From Eledone cirrhosa (lineage: Eukaryota), in assembly GCA_964016885.1 (NCBI GenBank), contig OZ024744.1:95914001-95978000 (forward strand): 64,000 nucleotides of DNA, read 5' to 3'. This document shows positions 36,140 to 48,964 of the stretch, piece by piece. Positions within the stretch are counted from its first letter, which is position 1. Every line of letters begins with the position of its first letter. The notes below the pieces were generated by a model. It did no database searches. It was not told the origin of the DNA and saw nothing but the letters and a program-made list of their open reading frames with translations. The translations under genes and the position numbers were made by a program.

Positions 36140-37315
36140 AGTCCGAAGGATGCAAAAGGGAGGTGGGTGTTGGGGGAGTGGTTAGTGAGTGAGAGGGCTG
36201 AGGTGCGTTCAGTATTATGGGCGTGGGTAAGGGCAGCTTGAATGATGGTGGGAGAATATCCATGCTGGATGAGAATGGTTCTTGAAATTATGGTCCTGTC
36301 TGCAGAGCCAACGAAGATGGAGGAATTAGGAGTAGTGTATGGAGAGTTTGGTGTGGGTTGGATGGGGGGAGGTGAAGTCGAGGTAAGAGTGGGAGTCAGT
36401 AGGTTTATAGAAGATGGAAGTAGAGAGGGTGTGGGGAGTGTGATTGCTAAATAGAGATAAATCAAGAAAAGGGACAGAAGAATCGGAGATGGAGGTGGTG
36501 AAGGTGTGAGCTGGATGAAAAGACTGGGCGAAGGAGAGTAAGCAGTCCAGCTGTTCATGGAAGAGAGAGGTGGCACCGATACAGTCATCGATGTAACGAC
36601 TGTATAGCTCAGGGTCAGAGGTAGATCCAGTGTACTGGGAGATGATCAGGGCCTTGACATAGCCAACAAACTAGTTGGCATAATTTGGGCTCCATTCTGG
36701 TTCCCATGGCTACCCCAGAGACCTGTTGGTAAAACTCTCCGGAAAGGAAAACCCATTGAGGGTCAGAACAAGCTCAACCAGACAGAGAACAGTGGTAGTG
36801 CTGGGGTAAGGGGTATGGCGTAGGTCCAAAAAGTGTTGGAGAGTGCAGAGGCCATCATTGTGAAGGATGATGGTATAGAGAGGGAGGTGATGTCCAGGGT
36901 GAAGAGAAGGTGAGAGGGGCCAGGAGGGAAGGAGGAGTTAAAAGTCAACGGGCATGATTGGTGGCGTGGATGTGGGAGGGAAAACCAGTGACTAACGGGG
37001 CGAGGAGGGTGTCACGGTATTGGGAGATGAGTTTGGTGGAGCAGTTACAGGCGCAAACAATAGGACGGCTGGGATTATTAGGTTTAATGTATTTTGGGGA
37101 GGAAATAGATAATGGGTGTGTGTGAGGGGTGCATACTATAAGGTTGGTGGCTGAGGGGGGGGGGGGGGGCAAGAGAGAGGAGGAGGTGAGTTGGCGAATG
37201 GTGGAGGACATGATAGGACTGTTGGTAACCAGGGGTGGTGTCAGAGGATAAAGGGCGGTAAAATGGGTGTCATGAAGTTGGCGGAGGGCCTCAGTTCTGT
37301 AAAGGTCTGCATGCC
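36140..37315 (-). pseudogene. Decayed second Penelope-like element (RT region)
   Basis: LYRTEALRQL, PKYIKPNNPSRPIV..C.T..IS, LFTLDITSL, GVAMGTRM.P, RYIDD; many frameshifts. Confidence 0.8.
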
Positions 37316-37385
37316 ATATCACTATGGCATGCACTATATACTCTATGTACACTATACAATATATATATATATATATATATATATA

Positions 37386-38636
37386 CACCGAGACCTTTGG
37401 CGGTACTCAGTAATAGAGAAGACCCGCCTTACCTAAATACACAGTAAAACCTACTACAGTCAGTAGGCATCTCTAACAAAATACACCCCCCCCCCCCCCC
37501 CGTCCCACCACCCCCACCCCATCCACACCACCCCTTTCAATGTAAATGTAAAGTTATGTTGGTGCCACACCATCCAGGCCGAAACAAATGAGATCGTGTA
37601 GGTGTCACGACAAAAAAAAACACACAGTCCACGCCGTAATGTGGCCGTGTAGGCAACACGGTAAAAACCTCCCAGTCCCACACTGTAAATGTGGTTGGTG
37701 TTAGAAAGGGCATCCAGCTGTAGAAAACCCGCCAGACAGTCCACGCTGTAATGTGGCCGTGTAAGCAACACGGTAAAAACCTCCCAGCCCCACACTGTAA
37801 ATGTGGTTGGTGTTAGAAAGGGCATCCAACTGTAGAAAACCTGCCAGACAGTCCACGCTGTAATGTGGCCGTGTAGGCAACACGGTAAAAACCTCCCAGC
37901 CCCACACTGTAAATGTGGTTGGTGTTAGGAAGGGCATCCAGCTGTAGAAAACCCGCCAGACAGTCCACGCTGTAATGTGGCCGTGTAGGCAACACGGTAA
38001 AAACCTCCCAGACCCACACTGTAAATGTGGTTGGTGTTAGAAAGGGCATCCAACTGTAGAAAACCTGCCAGACAGTCCACGCTGTAATGTGGCCGTGTAG
38101 GCAACACGGTAAAAACCTCCCACCCCCACACTGTAAATGTGGTTGGTGTTAGGAAGGGCATCCAGCTGTAGAAAACCCGCCAGACAGTCCACGCTGTAAT
38201 GTGGCCATGTAGGCAACACGGTAAAAACCTCCCTGCCCCACACTGTAAATGTGGTTGGTGTTAGGAAGGGCATCCAGCTGTAGAAAACCCGCCAGACAGT
38301 CCACGCTGTAATGTGGCCGTGTAGGCAACACGGTAAAAACCTCCCAGACCCACACTGTAAATGTGGTTGGTGTTAGAAAGGGCATCCAACTGTAGAAAAC
38401 CTGCCAGACAGTCCACGCTGTAATGTGGCCGTGTAGGCAACACGGTAAAAACCTCCCAGACCCACACTGTAAATGTGGTTGGTGTTAGGAAGGGCATCCA
38501 GCTGTAGAAAACCCGCCAGACAGTCCTATGCGAGCAAGACAACCACTCTTGCCTCAAGTGGGAACCCCCCCCCCCCCCGCCCAAACCCATGCAAGCGTGG
38601 AACACGGACGTTAAACGTTGATGATGATGATGATGA
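37386..38636 (+). mobile_element. RTE 3' end whose 3' UTR contains a 112-bp tandem array of about 8 copies (37625-38525)
   Basis: Matches 1736-2050; the ORF track repeats every 112 nt; normal terminus ggacgttaaacgttgatgatg. Confidence 0.92.
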
Positions 38637-38780
38637 TATATACACACTCTATATGATCTTTACTAATAGAAATGCAAGGGCTGATACAGCTTGGCACCAG
38701 TGGTGTCACAACTCATATACACACAATATATACAAACTATATACTATATATACCCTATGTACTCTTTATACACTCTATAC

Positions 38781-38974
38781 CAGGCATGTCAAATTGAGGG
38801 CCACATGGGTCACATGTGTGGTGTCTCAGGGCCAAACATGACAACTAATTGTGCATATCGCAACTAATTTTACGAAGATAAAACATGCTTGCGCTGTAAA
38901 AACCTTTGTTCGGGCTGCAGGTGTGCTTGTAAAGGGCTGCATGCGGCCCGCGGGCTGCATGTTTAACATGCCTG
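38781..38974. mobile_element. hAT (Charlie-like) MITE
   Basis: TIRs caggcatgtcaaa / tttaacatgcctg; 8-bp flanks ctctatac / ctctatat (7 of 8 match); internal gcggcccgcggg. Confidence 0.8.
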
Positions 38975-39384
38975 CTCTATATGATGTTGTCCAATAAAAA
39001 GACAAGGATTGATATAGTTTGGTACCAGTGATGTCTCAACTCCTATATACACTATATATATATGCAGAAATGAGATGATAGGGACTGGGGTCCCTATCAT
39101 TCCACTGTAAAGTGGTCGTGGAGGTGCCACGGCAAAAAAGCACCCAGCACTCACTGTAAATGAGGTTGGTGTTAGGAAGGGCATCCAGCTGTAGAAATCA
39201 AGCCAAAATCAGTTCCCGTCCCACCCTTGCAAGCAGGGAAAAAGCGGACGTAAAATTATGAAATGATGATGATGATGATGATGATGATGATATGCACTAT
39301 GAAATACTCATAAAATTTGTCAAGATCTCATTGGGAGATTTTTGTAGTGAGTCCATGGATTTGAAAGACTTACAATAAATCATC

Positions 39385-39890
39385 AGCATCATCATCATCA
39401 TCACCATCATCACCATCACCACCAACACCGTTTAACATGTACTTTCTATACTGGCATGGGTTAGACGAGTTATCCTCTTCTGAGCAATGCCATGGTCAAG
39501 TGACCATGTCTTGCTCATAGAGAACAGATTTTGGTTTGGTTTCTACAGCTGGATGTACTCCTAGCGCCAACCTCATTTACCGTGAGTACTGGGTGCTTTT
39601 TGTTGTGATGCCTACACAACCGCTTTACAGTGAGTACTGGGTGCTTTTTGTCATGACACCTACACAACCACTTTACAGTGTGGACTGAGTGCTTTTTGTC
39701 ATGACACCTACATGACTACTTTACAGTGAGTACTGGGTGATTTTTATTTTGACACCTACATGGCCACTTTACAGTGTGGACTGGGTGTTTTTTATCATGG
39801 CACCTACATGACTACTTTACAGTGAGTACTGGGTGCTTTTTGTCATGACACCTACATCAACACTTTATGGTGTGGTCTAGGTGCTTTTGC
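39385..39890 (-). mobile_element. RTE/SINE-type 3' tail with about 6 diverged 48-bp repeats
   Basis: cacctacac..ccactttacagtg..actgggtgcttttt is repeated. Confidence 0.75.
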
Positions 39891-41070
39891 CGCAGACCAA
39901 GTTAAGTTGGTTTCTCAGCCCTATTATGTCTCAGTAAATACCCTGAAGTTTGTGGAAGAGGTTGAACAAATTTGTTTTACATGAAAGTGTTAACAGAAAA
40001 TGTAGCGTTAAATTATTGAAGCTTGACTGTTTATGGGTTTCTGATTTTTTCTTTTCTTTTTTTTTTTGCTTTTGTGATTACTTTTGATGTACAATGTTTC
40101 CTAACAGAGGACATCGATTTTGGATGGAACAGCTAGGTGGTAAATATTTAATACATACAAGGAAGGATATCTCACTATGTCACACCACTTCTAGATTTAT
40201 AGAGATAAAGTCCACTTATTTCTCTTACGGCATAAAACATGTGAAGATAAAAACTGAAACAGTTCTTTGTTGACTTTGGAATGAATACTGTGTAACAAAA
40301 CAGGTTTTACTGTAATACGAAACAACATTGATTTAGCTTGAGAATTCTCATTTATAGGATCAATTTTTGCATGTATTTCGTATTCATAGATTTTGTATAT
40401 TAACTTTTTATGATAAAGTTACTATATATTTTACAGTTGTATCTCAGTTAAAGATACCATTTAGAAACATTAAAATATCATTGTATTTATGTTTAACAGT
40501 TTGGTTAAGAATAGGAACACCATGTCCTTGCATGTCATAAGAAAAGACTAAAAGGGTTGGTGTCGGGACAGGCATCCAGCTGTAAAACATTGCCTCAAAA
40601 TGTCTTGTCCATTTCAAGCCAACATCGAAAAAAGGATGTAAAAATTATGATCATGATGATGATCATCATCATCACCGTTTTATGTCTATGTTTCCAAGCT
40701 CGCATGAGTTAGACAGGTTGTCCTGTTGTGGGCAATGCCAGGTCAGGTGACCATGTCTTGCTCATACAGGACTGATCTTGGCTCCGTTTCTACAGCTGGA
40801 TGCCCTTCCTAATGCCAACCACATTTACAGTGAGTACTGGGTGCTTTATTACTGTGGCACCTACATGACCACTTTAGAGTGTGGTCTGGGTGCTTTTATA
40901 CAGTGGGAGGGGCATGGGGGCATATTGTCTATATGCTTCAGCTTGTACTCGTGGGAACTCAGGTCTTCTGTATGACTGCGTATCGTCAGGATGATATAAA
41001 ACTCTTGTGATATGCGAAGCTTTAGTAAATATGTTTCTATTAACAAATACTCTGCCGTGGTTAGAAATCT

Positions 41071-41110
41071 ACCTGACTAGTTTCAGCATTTTTTACTGCT
41101 TCATCACAGT
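41071..41110 (-). ncRNA. Degenerate minimal hammerhead ribozyme (PLE type)
   Basis: Minus strand act-gTGATGA-AGCA-gtaaaaaa-TGCT-GAAA-CTAG-TC-aggt; palindromic stem III ACTAGT and a GUC site, with C3 changed to G. Confidence 0.55.
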
Positions 41111-41474
41111 TTGGCTACCCATTATCATGACCACAGAGGTAATAATTGTTTCTAATTTAGGCAAGAAATCTGCAATTTTTGGGTAAAGGGAAAATCAGTG
41201 TTACTGGTACTTTATTTATCAACCCCGTAAGGATGAAAGGCAAAGCTAACCCTCGGCAGGATTTGAACTCAGAACGTAATGGGCCGTAACTCAGTGCCAC
41301 GAAGCAGAATGTCCGACGCTTAGCTTATAACTATATTTCAGATACACCCCCCCCCCCCAACATACATTAAGTGATCCTCTCACCCCTTTCAGAAACTCTC
41401 TCCTGTTTTTCTTATGTGGTAGGACTGGAGAAACTGTAGAGATACTAAAGTGGAGGTACGCTGTGAACAATAAT

Positions 41475-41646
41475 TACTGTATTCCCTAGTGTCAAAGACG
41501 CTACCTTTTTTACTAAAACAAGTCTCAAAAATCTACCATGCGTCCTGGAGGCCGAAGGTTGTTTATTATTTTTTTCAAAATTTTGGTTGTCAAAATTAGG
41601 TTGCGTCCTCAAGGAAGAAGCGTCTTCGGCGCCGGGAAATATGGTA
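41475..41646. mobile_element. Tc1/mariner-type MITE
   Basis: Left end tactgtattccctagtgtcaaagacgc versus the reverse complement of the right end taccatatttcccggcgccgaagacgc; TA flanks. Confidence 0.5.
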
Positions 41647-42247
41647 AGATGAAAGGAAAAGGAGATGAATCAGTGTAGTTGATAGAATTACAAACATTAG
41701 ATGATAGATTTGGAAAAGTTAGAAGAAATGTTACCCTTAAAGCTTGCTGAATAAGGAAAAAGTGTTGGAGAGAAGGGATCACATCAGGTAGACCCAACAA
41801 AGGGACTAATTTTAAAGTTGACAGGTATATTATCAAGGATGAGATTAAAAGAACCTTGAAGTTGACAGGTATAATGTCAAAGGTTTGATTAAAGAGTCAA
41901 ATAATTGTTTCTACTTTTGGCACCCAATGCATTACTGGTACTTTATTCTATCAACCCCGGAAGGATGAAAGGCAAGTCAAATAATGAAGACATGTTGGTT
42001 AATATGAATCTTAGATATACTGTGTCTGAAAAAGAAAACAGACATTATAGTTGCCAAGCAAACTTCTTAACCACATAACTGTGCTTCTCTCTCTCTGTCT
42101 GTCTCTCTCTCTCTCTCTTACTCTCATCCTTTCTCTCTCCCTCTTTGCCTGTCCCTTCTCTATATATACATATATATCTAACCCATATTAGCGTGGAAGA
42201 TAGACATTAAATGATGATGATGATGATATGTATACATATATATATTT

Positions 42248-43086
42248 CTAGGGCGGGTAAAATTCCTGAGATCCATGGACGAGTTCTCTCCAGCAGTCTC
42301 TGTCCCTCATTATCGCTGCCATGTCCTGCGTCTCCAACAGACCGGTGTCTGTCCTTAGGGCATCAACATACATTAACCTTGGTCTTCCTCTTCCAGTGTG
42401 TCCATGTAGGGGCTCCCACAGGAGCACTGAGTGCAATGTCAACTCTGGATGTCGGTGAGCGTGTCCAGCTAACCTCAGTCTCCTCTGTGTCACTTTTGAG
42501 CTGATTAATGTTCAGAGCCATCCTCAGCATTCTCGTGTAGCACCCATCCACCATCTTTGAGATACTGGCTGGAGTGCTCCAGGGAGATACATTGGCTCCC
42601 TACCTTTTTATCATCGTAGTGGACTATTGTATGCACCTTGCACTGGAGAAACACAAGGACTCTGGCTTTACTGTAGCACCGGCTCAGAGCAGGTGAGTTA
42701 AGGCGAAAAAGATATCGGATGCTGAATTTACCGACAACGTAGTTTTGGTGACAAATACAGTAAAGGAGGCAGAGGATTTGATGCGGGAGGTTGAGACTGT
42801 GTCGATGAGTGTGGGGCTGAGAATGAATGAGACTAAAACAAAATATCTGGTAGAGAATATTGAGAAGCCAGAGGGGATCACTAATGTAGGCGGGAAGCTG
42901 CTAGAATTGGTTGAGGACTTCCTGTATTTGGGAGCAAAGATTGGGAATATGGAAGATGATGTGGTTGAGAGGAAGAGCAAAGCCTGGGCGGCGTGCCACA
43001 GCTTGAGATCGGTGTGGAAGTCAGACCCTCGTAAAGACCTGAAAATCCGCCTCTTCATTGCTGTAATGGAGTTTGTGCTGCTGTAT
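42248..43086. mobile_element. RTE-type LINE with a 5' inversion: 3' end on - (42248-42558), upstream RT part on + (42556-43086)
   Basis: Minus strand: VDGCYTRMLRMALNI..RRLRLAGH..LLWEP.HG..GRP. Plus strand: EILAGVLQGDTLAPYLFIIVVDY..FTDN..FLYLG..KIRLF...VLLY. Confidence 0.85.
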
Positions 43087-43149
43087 ATATATATATGTAT
43101 ATATATGTATATATATATCATCCTCATCACACCTGCTTTTCCATGGTCT

Positions 43150-43239
43150 CACACACACACACACACACACACACCCAAACACTGAAACAAACTAGCGCAC
43201 ACAAATATACACTCAAACACACAAGCACTAGCACACACA

Positions 43240-43274
<35 letters not shown>

Positions 43275-43339
43275 CCAAACACTGAAACAAACTAGCGCAC
43301 ACAAATATACACTCAAACACACAAGCACTAGCACACACA

Positions 43340-43374
<35 letters not shown>

Positions 43375-43530
43375 CCAAACACTGAAACAAACTAGCGCAC
43401 ACAAATATACACTCAAACACACAAGCACTAGCACACACACACACACACACGCGTGCGCGCGCACACACACACACACGCGTGCGCACACACACACACACAC
43501 ACACTCAAACACATACACACACACATACAT
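43150..43530. repeat. About 102-bp tandem repeat (3 copies) with (CA)n
   Basis: cccaaacactgaaacaaactagcgcacacaaatatacactcaaac is repeated. Confidence 0.85.
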
Positions 43531-43605
43531 ATACGCATGTATAATATTTTCACTATAATTGACTTTACCTTTCATTTCCTCTGTGTTGCAAAAAAATAAA
43601 ATAAA

Positions 43606-43638
<33 letters not shown>

Positions 43639-44388
43639 AAAAATAAAGGTAATATAATTATATATTAATTATATACATTAATTATATATTTTATCGACCC
43701 CGTAAGGATGAAAGGCAAAGTTAACCTCAAATCCCTCCGAAGTTAACTTTGCCTTTCATCCTTACGGGGTCGATAAAATAAAAGTACCAGTAATACACTG
43801 GGTAATTGCTGGCCTTGTGCCTAACGTAGAAACAATTATATACATTTCTCAACATCAACAGTTTTCTTTTACATATTTGAGGATAAGGTGATAAATTGGC
43901 AGAGTCATTAGAATATCAGATAGAATACTTTCCTGTATTCACTTTGTCTCTCTGCTCTCTTGAGTTCAAATCTCACTGAGGTCAATTTTGTCTTTCATCC
44001 ATTCAAGGTCGATAAAAAAAAGGTACCAGTTTAGTACTTGGGTAGATTCTTCCTTTATATCTCTTCCTCATTTCCATTCACTCACTCTCTCTCTCTATCC
44101 TCCCCTGGAAGAAATCCGCTGTATTCAGACCTGGAGAAGAGATGGGTTCCGCCAGGTTTAAAATAATTGTTTCTACTTTTGGCACAAGGCCAGCAATTAT
44201 CCCAGTGTATTACTGGTACTTTATTTTATCGACCCCCGTAAGGATGAAAGGCAAAGTTAACCTCGGCAGGATTTGAACTCAGAATGGAAAGGGCCATAAC
44301 TCTTTGCTACAAAGCATGGTGTCTGATGTTCTACCGATACTGCCAATCCACCGCCCATCAAATATATATATAAAATATATATAATAGT

Positions 44389-44665
44389 GGAGGCACGTGG
44401 CCTAGTGGTAAGGGTGTTGGACTTACGATCATAATGTCATGGGTTCAATTCCCGGGTTGCGTGTTGTGTTCTTGAGCACAACACTTTATTTCACATTGCT
44501 CCAGTTTACTCAGCTGAAAATGAGTACCAGCAATAGCTGGAGGTTTAACCCTGCGATGGACTGGCGTCCTGTCCAGGGAGGAGTCTTGTACTCTCAGTCG
44601 CTTCACACCATGAAACTGGGATAAGCACCGGCGAAATGAGTCTTCTGGCTTAAGACAGACTTTAG
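44389..44665 (+). mobile_element. Full-length SINE family B; decayed copy on - at about 55860-56150
   Basis: tRNA-like head ggaggcacgtggcctagtggtaagg...gggttcaattccc; conserved centre ccctgcgatggactggcgtcctgtccaggg. Confidence 0.85.
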
Positions 44666-44842
44666 TTTTTTTTTTTAGATATATATATATATTTGATATA
44701 TCATCATCATCATCATCATCATCATTTTACGTCCGCTTGCAAGGGTGGGATATTCTTAGATTTGAGGATGGTCATGTTGCCAGTATTGCTAATAAAAAAA
44801 ACACTTGCACCATATGATTTTCACTTTTCCACTTTATCCTTC

Positions 44843-44873
<31 letters not shown>

Positions 44874-45534
44874 CTATTTTACGTCCATTCTTCCATGCTA
44901 GCATAGGTTAAAGGGGTTGTCCTGTTGTGAGCAATGCGAGGTCAGGTGACTATGTCGTGTTCATACAGGAATTGATTTTGGCTTGATTTCTACAGCAGAA
45001 TTCCCTTCTTAACACCAACCTCATTTACAGTGAGTGCTGGGTGCTTTTTTACCGTGCTGGTTATTCATTAGTTCATCAAAGTTCTTTCGCCATACATTCT
45101 GAGACCTCCTCAATGAATATCTAATCTCTTTTGTGCTGCCACGTTTTTCTGGTCTTAATTTGATACTCCATCTTTCTTTAAATGAGTATTACTAGAATTG
45201 TTTTCTAATTTTTTAAAAATATTATCTGATGAATAATTCCTAAGGTAATAATATTTATGATGGTTATAAACATGTTTATGTATCATTTATTTATTTTCCT
45301 TCAATTTCGGTTCCTTAGACCAGCTAGTAAATGAGGAGACTGTTTTCTCTCCAAAATCCACTTTCAACTTCTTCCTTGTAACCCATATTTGCAAAGAGAT
45401 GTCTTTTAAAAATTGTGTACAGCTCTTAACATCCTGTACTATATGAAACCACATTAATAAGACATTCTTGAAATGTATAAAGCAACACCATGACTGCATC
45501 ACATTAAATATTTAAGTCTTTACTCAAATACTGA

Positions 45535-46275
45535 AAATTTTCACAACAATTTGTCCACCAGTGAAGATACTATAAATATTTGAATTAACAAACCTGTTTT
45601 TAGATATTTTCTGTTAAATCATTACTGTATGTTAAGAGATAATACTGCAAATTTTCACAACAATCTGTCCACCAGTGAAGATACTATAAATATTTGAATT
45701 AACAAACCTGTTTTTAGATATTGTCTATTAAATCATTAAAGTATATTAAGAGATATTACCATAATCTTCCATGTATTGTGCTCATTCATGTTTAACCCAC
45801 ACACCCTTTTGATCAGAAAAGTGTCTGGAAAAGCTGAGTTAAACATAGGAAACTTTTAGTTATGATGTATACTGCGCACCCCCAATACAAACATGGAAAA
45901 AAGTGAAAAAATTAAGCAGTATGCACAGAACGATAAGGTATTGCAATTTACACAACAATCTGTCCCTCAGTAAATATATTATATTTATTTGAATTAGCAA
46001 ACATGTTTTTAGATATTTTCTGTTAAATCATTACAGGATGTTAAGAGATAATACTGTAAATATTCACAACAATCTGTCCACCAGTGAAGATACTATAAAT
46101 ATTTGAATTAATAAACTTGTTTTTAGATATTTTCTGTTAAATCATTACAGGATGTTAAGAGATAATACTGGAAATTTTCACAACAATCTGTCCATCAGCA
46201 AAGATACTATAAACATTTGAATTAACAAACCTGTTTTTAGATATGTTTTTTTCTAAGCCATTACTAGATGTTAAG
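45535..46275. repeat. About 115-bp AT-rich tandem repeat, 5 copies, interrupted near 45760-45940
   Basis: tcacaacaatctgtccaccagtgaagatactataaatatttgaattaacaaacctgtttttagata is repeated. Confidence 0.85.
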
Positions 46276-46747
46276 AGTTAACGGCACCCAAGGACTAGTT
46301 GGTGGGGTGGAGTTAATACAAGGTGAAAGATTATGTCTACCACCTAATTAATATCAGAATAACATTGCCTGAGGCACAATTATTATATTATGAGATCTAA
46401 TATACCATTACTACAATATTTTCAACACCAGCAAATACATTCAATTTACTGTGACCCCCCCCCCCCCCCCCCCCTCCAAAAAAAATGTATGTGTGTGTGT
46501 GTAGGTATGTATATATATGTGTGTGTGTATGTATGTATATATATATGTGTGTGTGTAGGTATATACTTATATATGTATATATATATATATGTATGTGTGT
46601 GTATATGTGTATGTGTGTGTAGGTATGTATATATATATATATGTGTGTATGTATGTATATATATATATGTGTGTGTATGTATATAATATATATATACATA
46701 TATATATATGTGTGTGTGTAGGTATATATATATATATCTGTTTACCT

Positions 46748-46783
<36 letters not shown>

Positions 46784-47067
46784 TATCTGTTTACCTTTTA
46801 CATATATATACGTATATATATATATATATGTATCAACATCTAACAAATTATACTGAATACAATCTACAACAATACAATGGCATTCACAATTCACATACAC
46901 ACACACACACACACATTTACACACACATTCCCCCCCCCCCCCCATACACATACACTCACACATGTACAACCACACACATTCACACAACACATCCCCCCCC
47001 ACATATTCACCCCACCCCCCACATATTCACACACACATCACCCCACATTCACCCCCCATCTCTATGT

Positions 47068-47918
47068 TGTTGAGAAGGTCCAGAGGTGTGTGGAGCCTAA
47101 GGGGGGGGGGGGCGTTCAGAAGGTCCAGGGGGGGGGGGGTACTGGGGTGTAAGAGGGTGTAGAGAAGGTCCAAGGAGGGAGGTGTGTGCTGGGGTCTAAG
47201 GGGGACGTTTAGATGGTCCAGGGGCTTGCTGGGGTGTAAGAGGGTGTTGAAAAGGTCCAGGGAGGTGAAGGGGTGTAAGAAGGCATTGAGAAGGGCCAGG
47301 GCTGGCTGTGGCCTAAGGGGGCGTCTAAAAGGTCCACGGGATGCTATAGCCCTCAGGGGAGCCTAGGGAAAGGTGCAAGGGGATGCTGGAGCATAAAGAG
47401 ACATTGAGAAGGTCCAGGGGGAGCTGTGGGCTAAGGGGATCTTGAGAAGGTCCAAAGTGATGGTGTAGTATAGGGGGGGGGGTGAGAAAGTCCAGGGAGG
47501 TGATGGGGCATAAGGGAGGGTGTTGAGAAGGTCCTGAGGGGCTGGGGTGTAAGGGAGCTTTGAGAAGGTCCAGGAGGGGTGCTGCATTTAAGGGGGTGTT
47601 AAGAAGGTCCAGGAGGGGGTGCTGGACCTAAGGGGGTCATTGAGAAGGTCCAGTGGGGTGCTTGGGCCTAAGGGAGTGTTGAGAAGGTCCTAGGTGCTGT
47701 GGCCTAAGGGGCCATTTAGAAGGTCCACAGGGCGCTATAACCTTCTGGGGCGTCTTGAGAAGGTCTATGAGTGCGCTGGGGCTTAAGGGGGCATTTATTT
47801 GGTCCAGGGGGGCGCTTTTATACTATTTACAATTTGTGTGAAGGCAGGTCTCTCTGAAAATAGGGGTGGGGGGTGCTGAGAGTATTACGTGACCATGAGG
47901 GTGGTTTGGGAACCCCTG
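47068..47918. mobile_element. G-rich ~38-bp diverged tandem array ending in a hAT-like TIR
   Basis: gagaaggtccaggg..ctgggg..taaggggg repeats; terminus tttgggaacccctg (reverse complement caggggttcccaaa). Confidence 0.55.
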
Positions 47919-47967
47919 GTTTAGCCCAATGTTAGTTCTGAATCTGTAGACATGTAAGGAAAGATAT

Positions 47968-48600
47968 CACTGGTCACCACACATTTTGCTTTTCTTTCTG
48001 CTGACCTAAGTTTGAGACCTGTTCTTGATTAATTTGAGGCCGCTGAGTTTAAAAATGACAATACTTCTATTCTATTACATCGCAGGACTGTTAAAAGTGA
48101 TGGGTGCTCTACAGTATGATCCTCAGGAATGGAGATTCTTTATAGATAACACTGGTCAACACACCTTTTACTGACTTTTGTTGTTGTTTTTAGGCAACGA
48201 TGAGGTGCTGTTTTCAAATATGACATCCATTTCCCCCTAACACATCAGGTTTTCATTCTATAGTACATCCCTATTTCATTATGAACTGTATGAATAACAC
48301 TGGTCAACAAAATTTTGAATTTTTTCTGCTGACCTAAGTTTGAGACCTGTTCTGGAGTAATTTGGGGCCACTGAGTTTTAAAATGACAATACTTTTTTTC
48401 TATCACATCAAGTTTTCCTATGACCAACAAGGAGAGTATATACAAAATATCTGTATTTCCTGTGTTTATGGGATAGCTGAGTGAAAAACAAACATGAAAA
48501 CCTGATGTGTTAGGAGAAAATGGATGCCATATTTGAAATAAGCACCTCAAAATTAGCTAAAAACAAAACCTAAGCCAGAAAAAAAGTTTGTTGACCAGTG
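47968..48600. mobile_element. Non-autonomous DNA transposon pieces with TIR cactggtcaacaaa
   Basis: TIR at about 48298, inverted tttgttgaccagtg ending at 48600, and extra ends near 47968 and 48150. The remnant YDPQEWRFFID lies at about 48115-48147. Confidence 0.6.
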
Positions 48601-48649
48601 GAATAGATATTTTTGTTTTAGTGGTGTAGTAAGTAAATATATACATATA

Positions 48650-48932
48650 CATCAGGTCTAAACACAAAGGAACCAAACTCCCACTGTCACTGCCTCAGTG
48701 TAAGTGTGTGTCTGTGATATATATATACACCAGTTCTGAACACAGATGAACCAAACTCCCACTGTCACTGCCTTAGTGTGAGTGTCTGTCTGTGAAATAT
48801 ATACACCAGGTCTGAACACAAAGGAACCAAACTCCCACTGTCACTGCCTCAGTGTAAGTGTGTGTCTGGGAAACATATATATATACACCAGTTCTGAACA
48901 CAGAGGAACCAAACTCCCACTGTCACTGCCTC
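48650..48932. repeat. About 75-80-bp tandem repeat, 4 copies
   Basis: ctgaacaca.aggaaccaaactcccactgtcactgcct is repeated. Confidence 0.85.
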
Positions 48933-48964
48933 GATCTCTCTCGCTCTCTCCATCTCTCACTATT

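Noticed and set aside
40050-40140. Pyrimidine tract plus ctaacag as a candidate next HHAT exon
   Set aside because: The phase-compatible translation (GHRFWMEQL) does not resemble the expected FD.GL segment.
44389-44460. tRNA gene (also 25588-25660 and the SINE A heads)
   Set aside because: The tRNA-like head runs directly into a multi-copy SINE body and lacks a proper acceptor stem.
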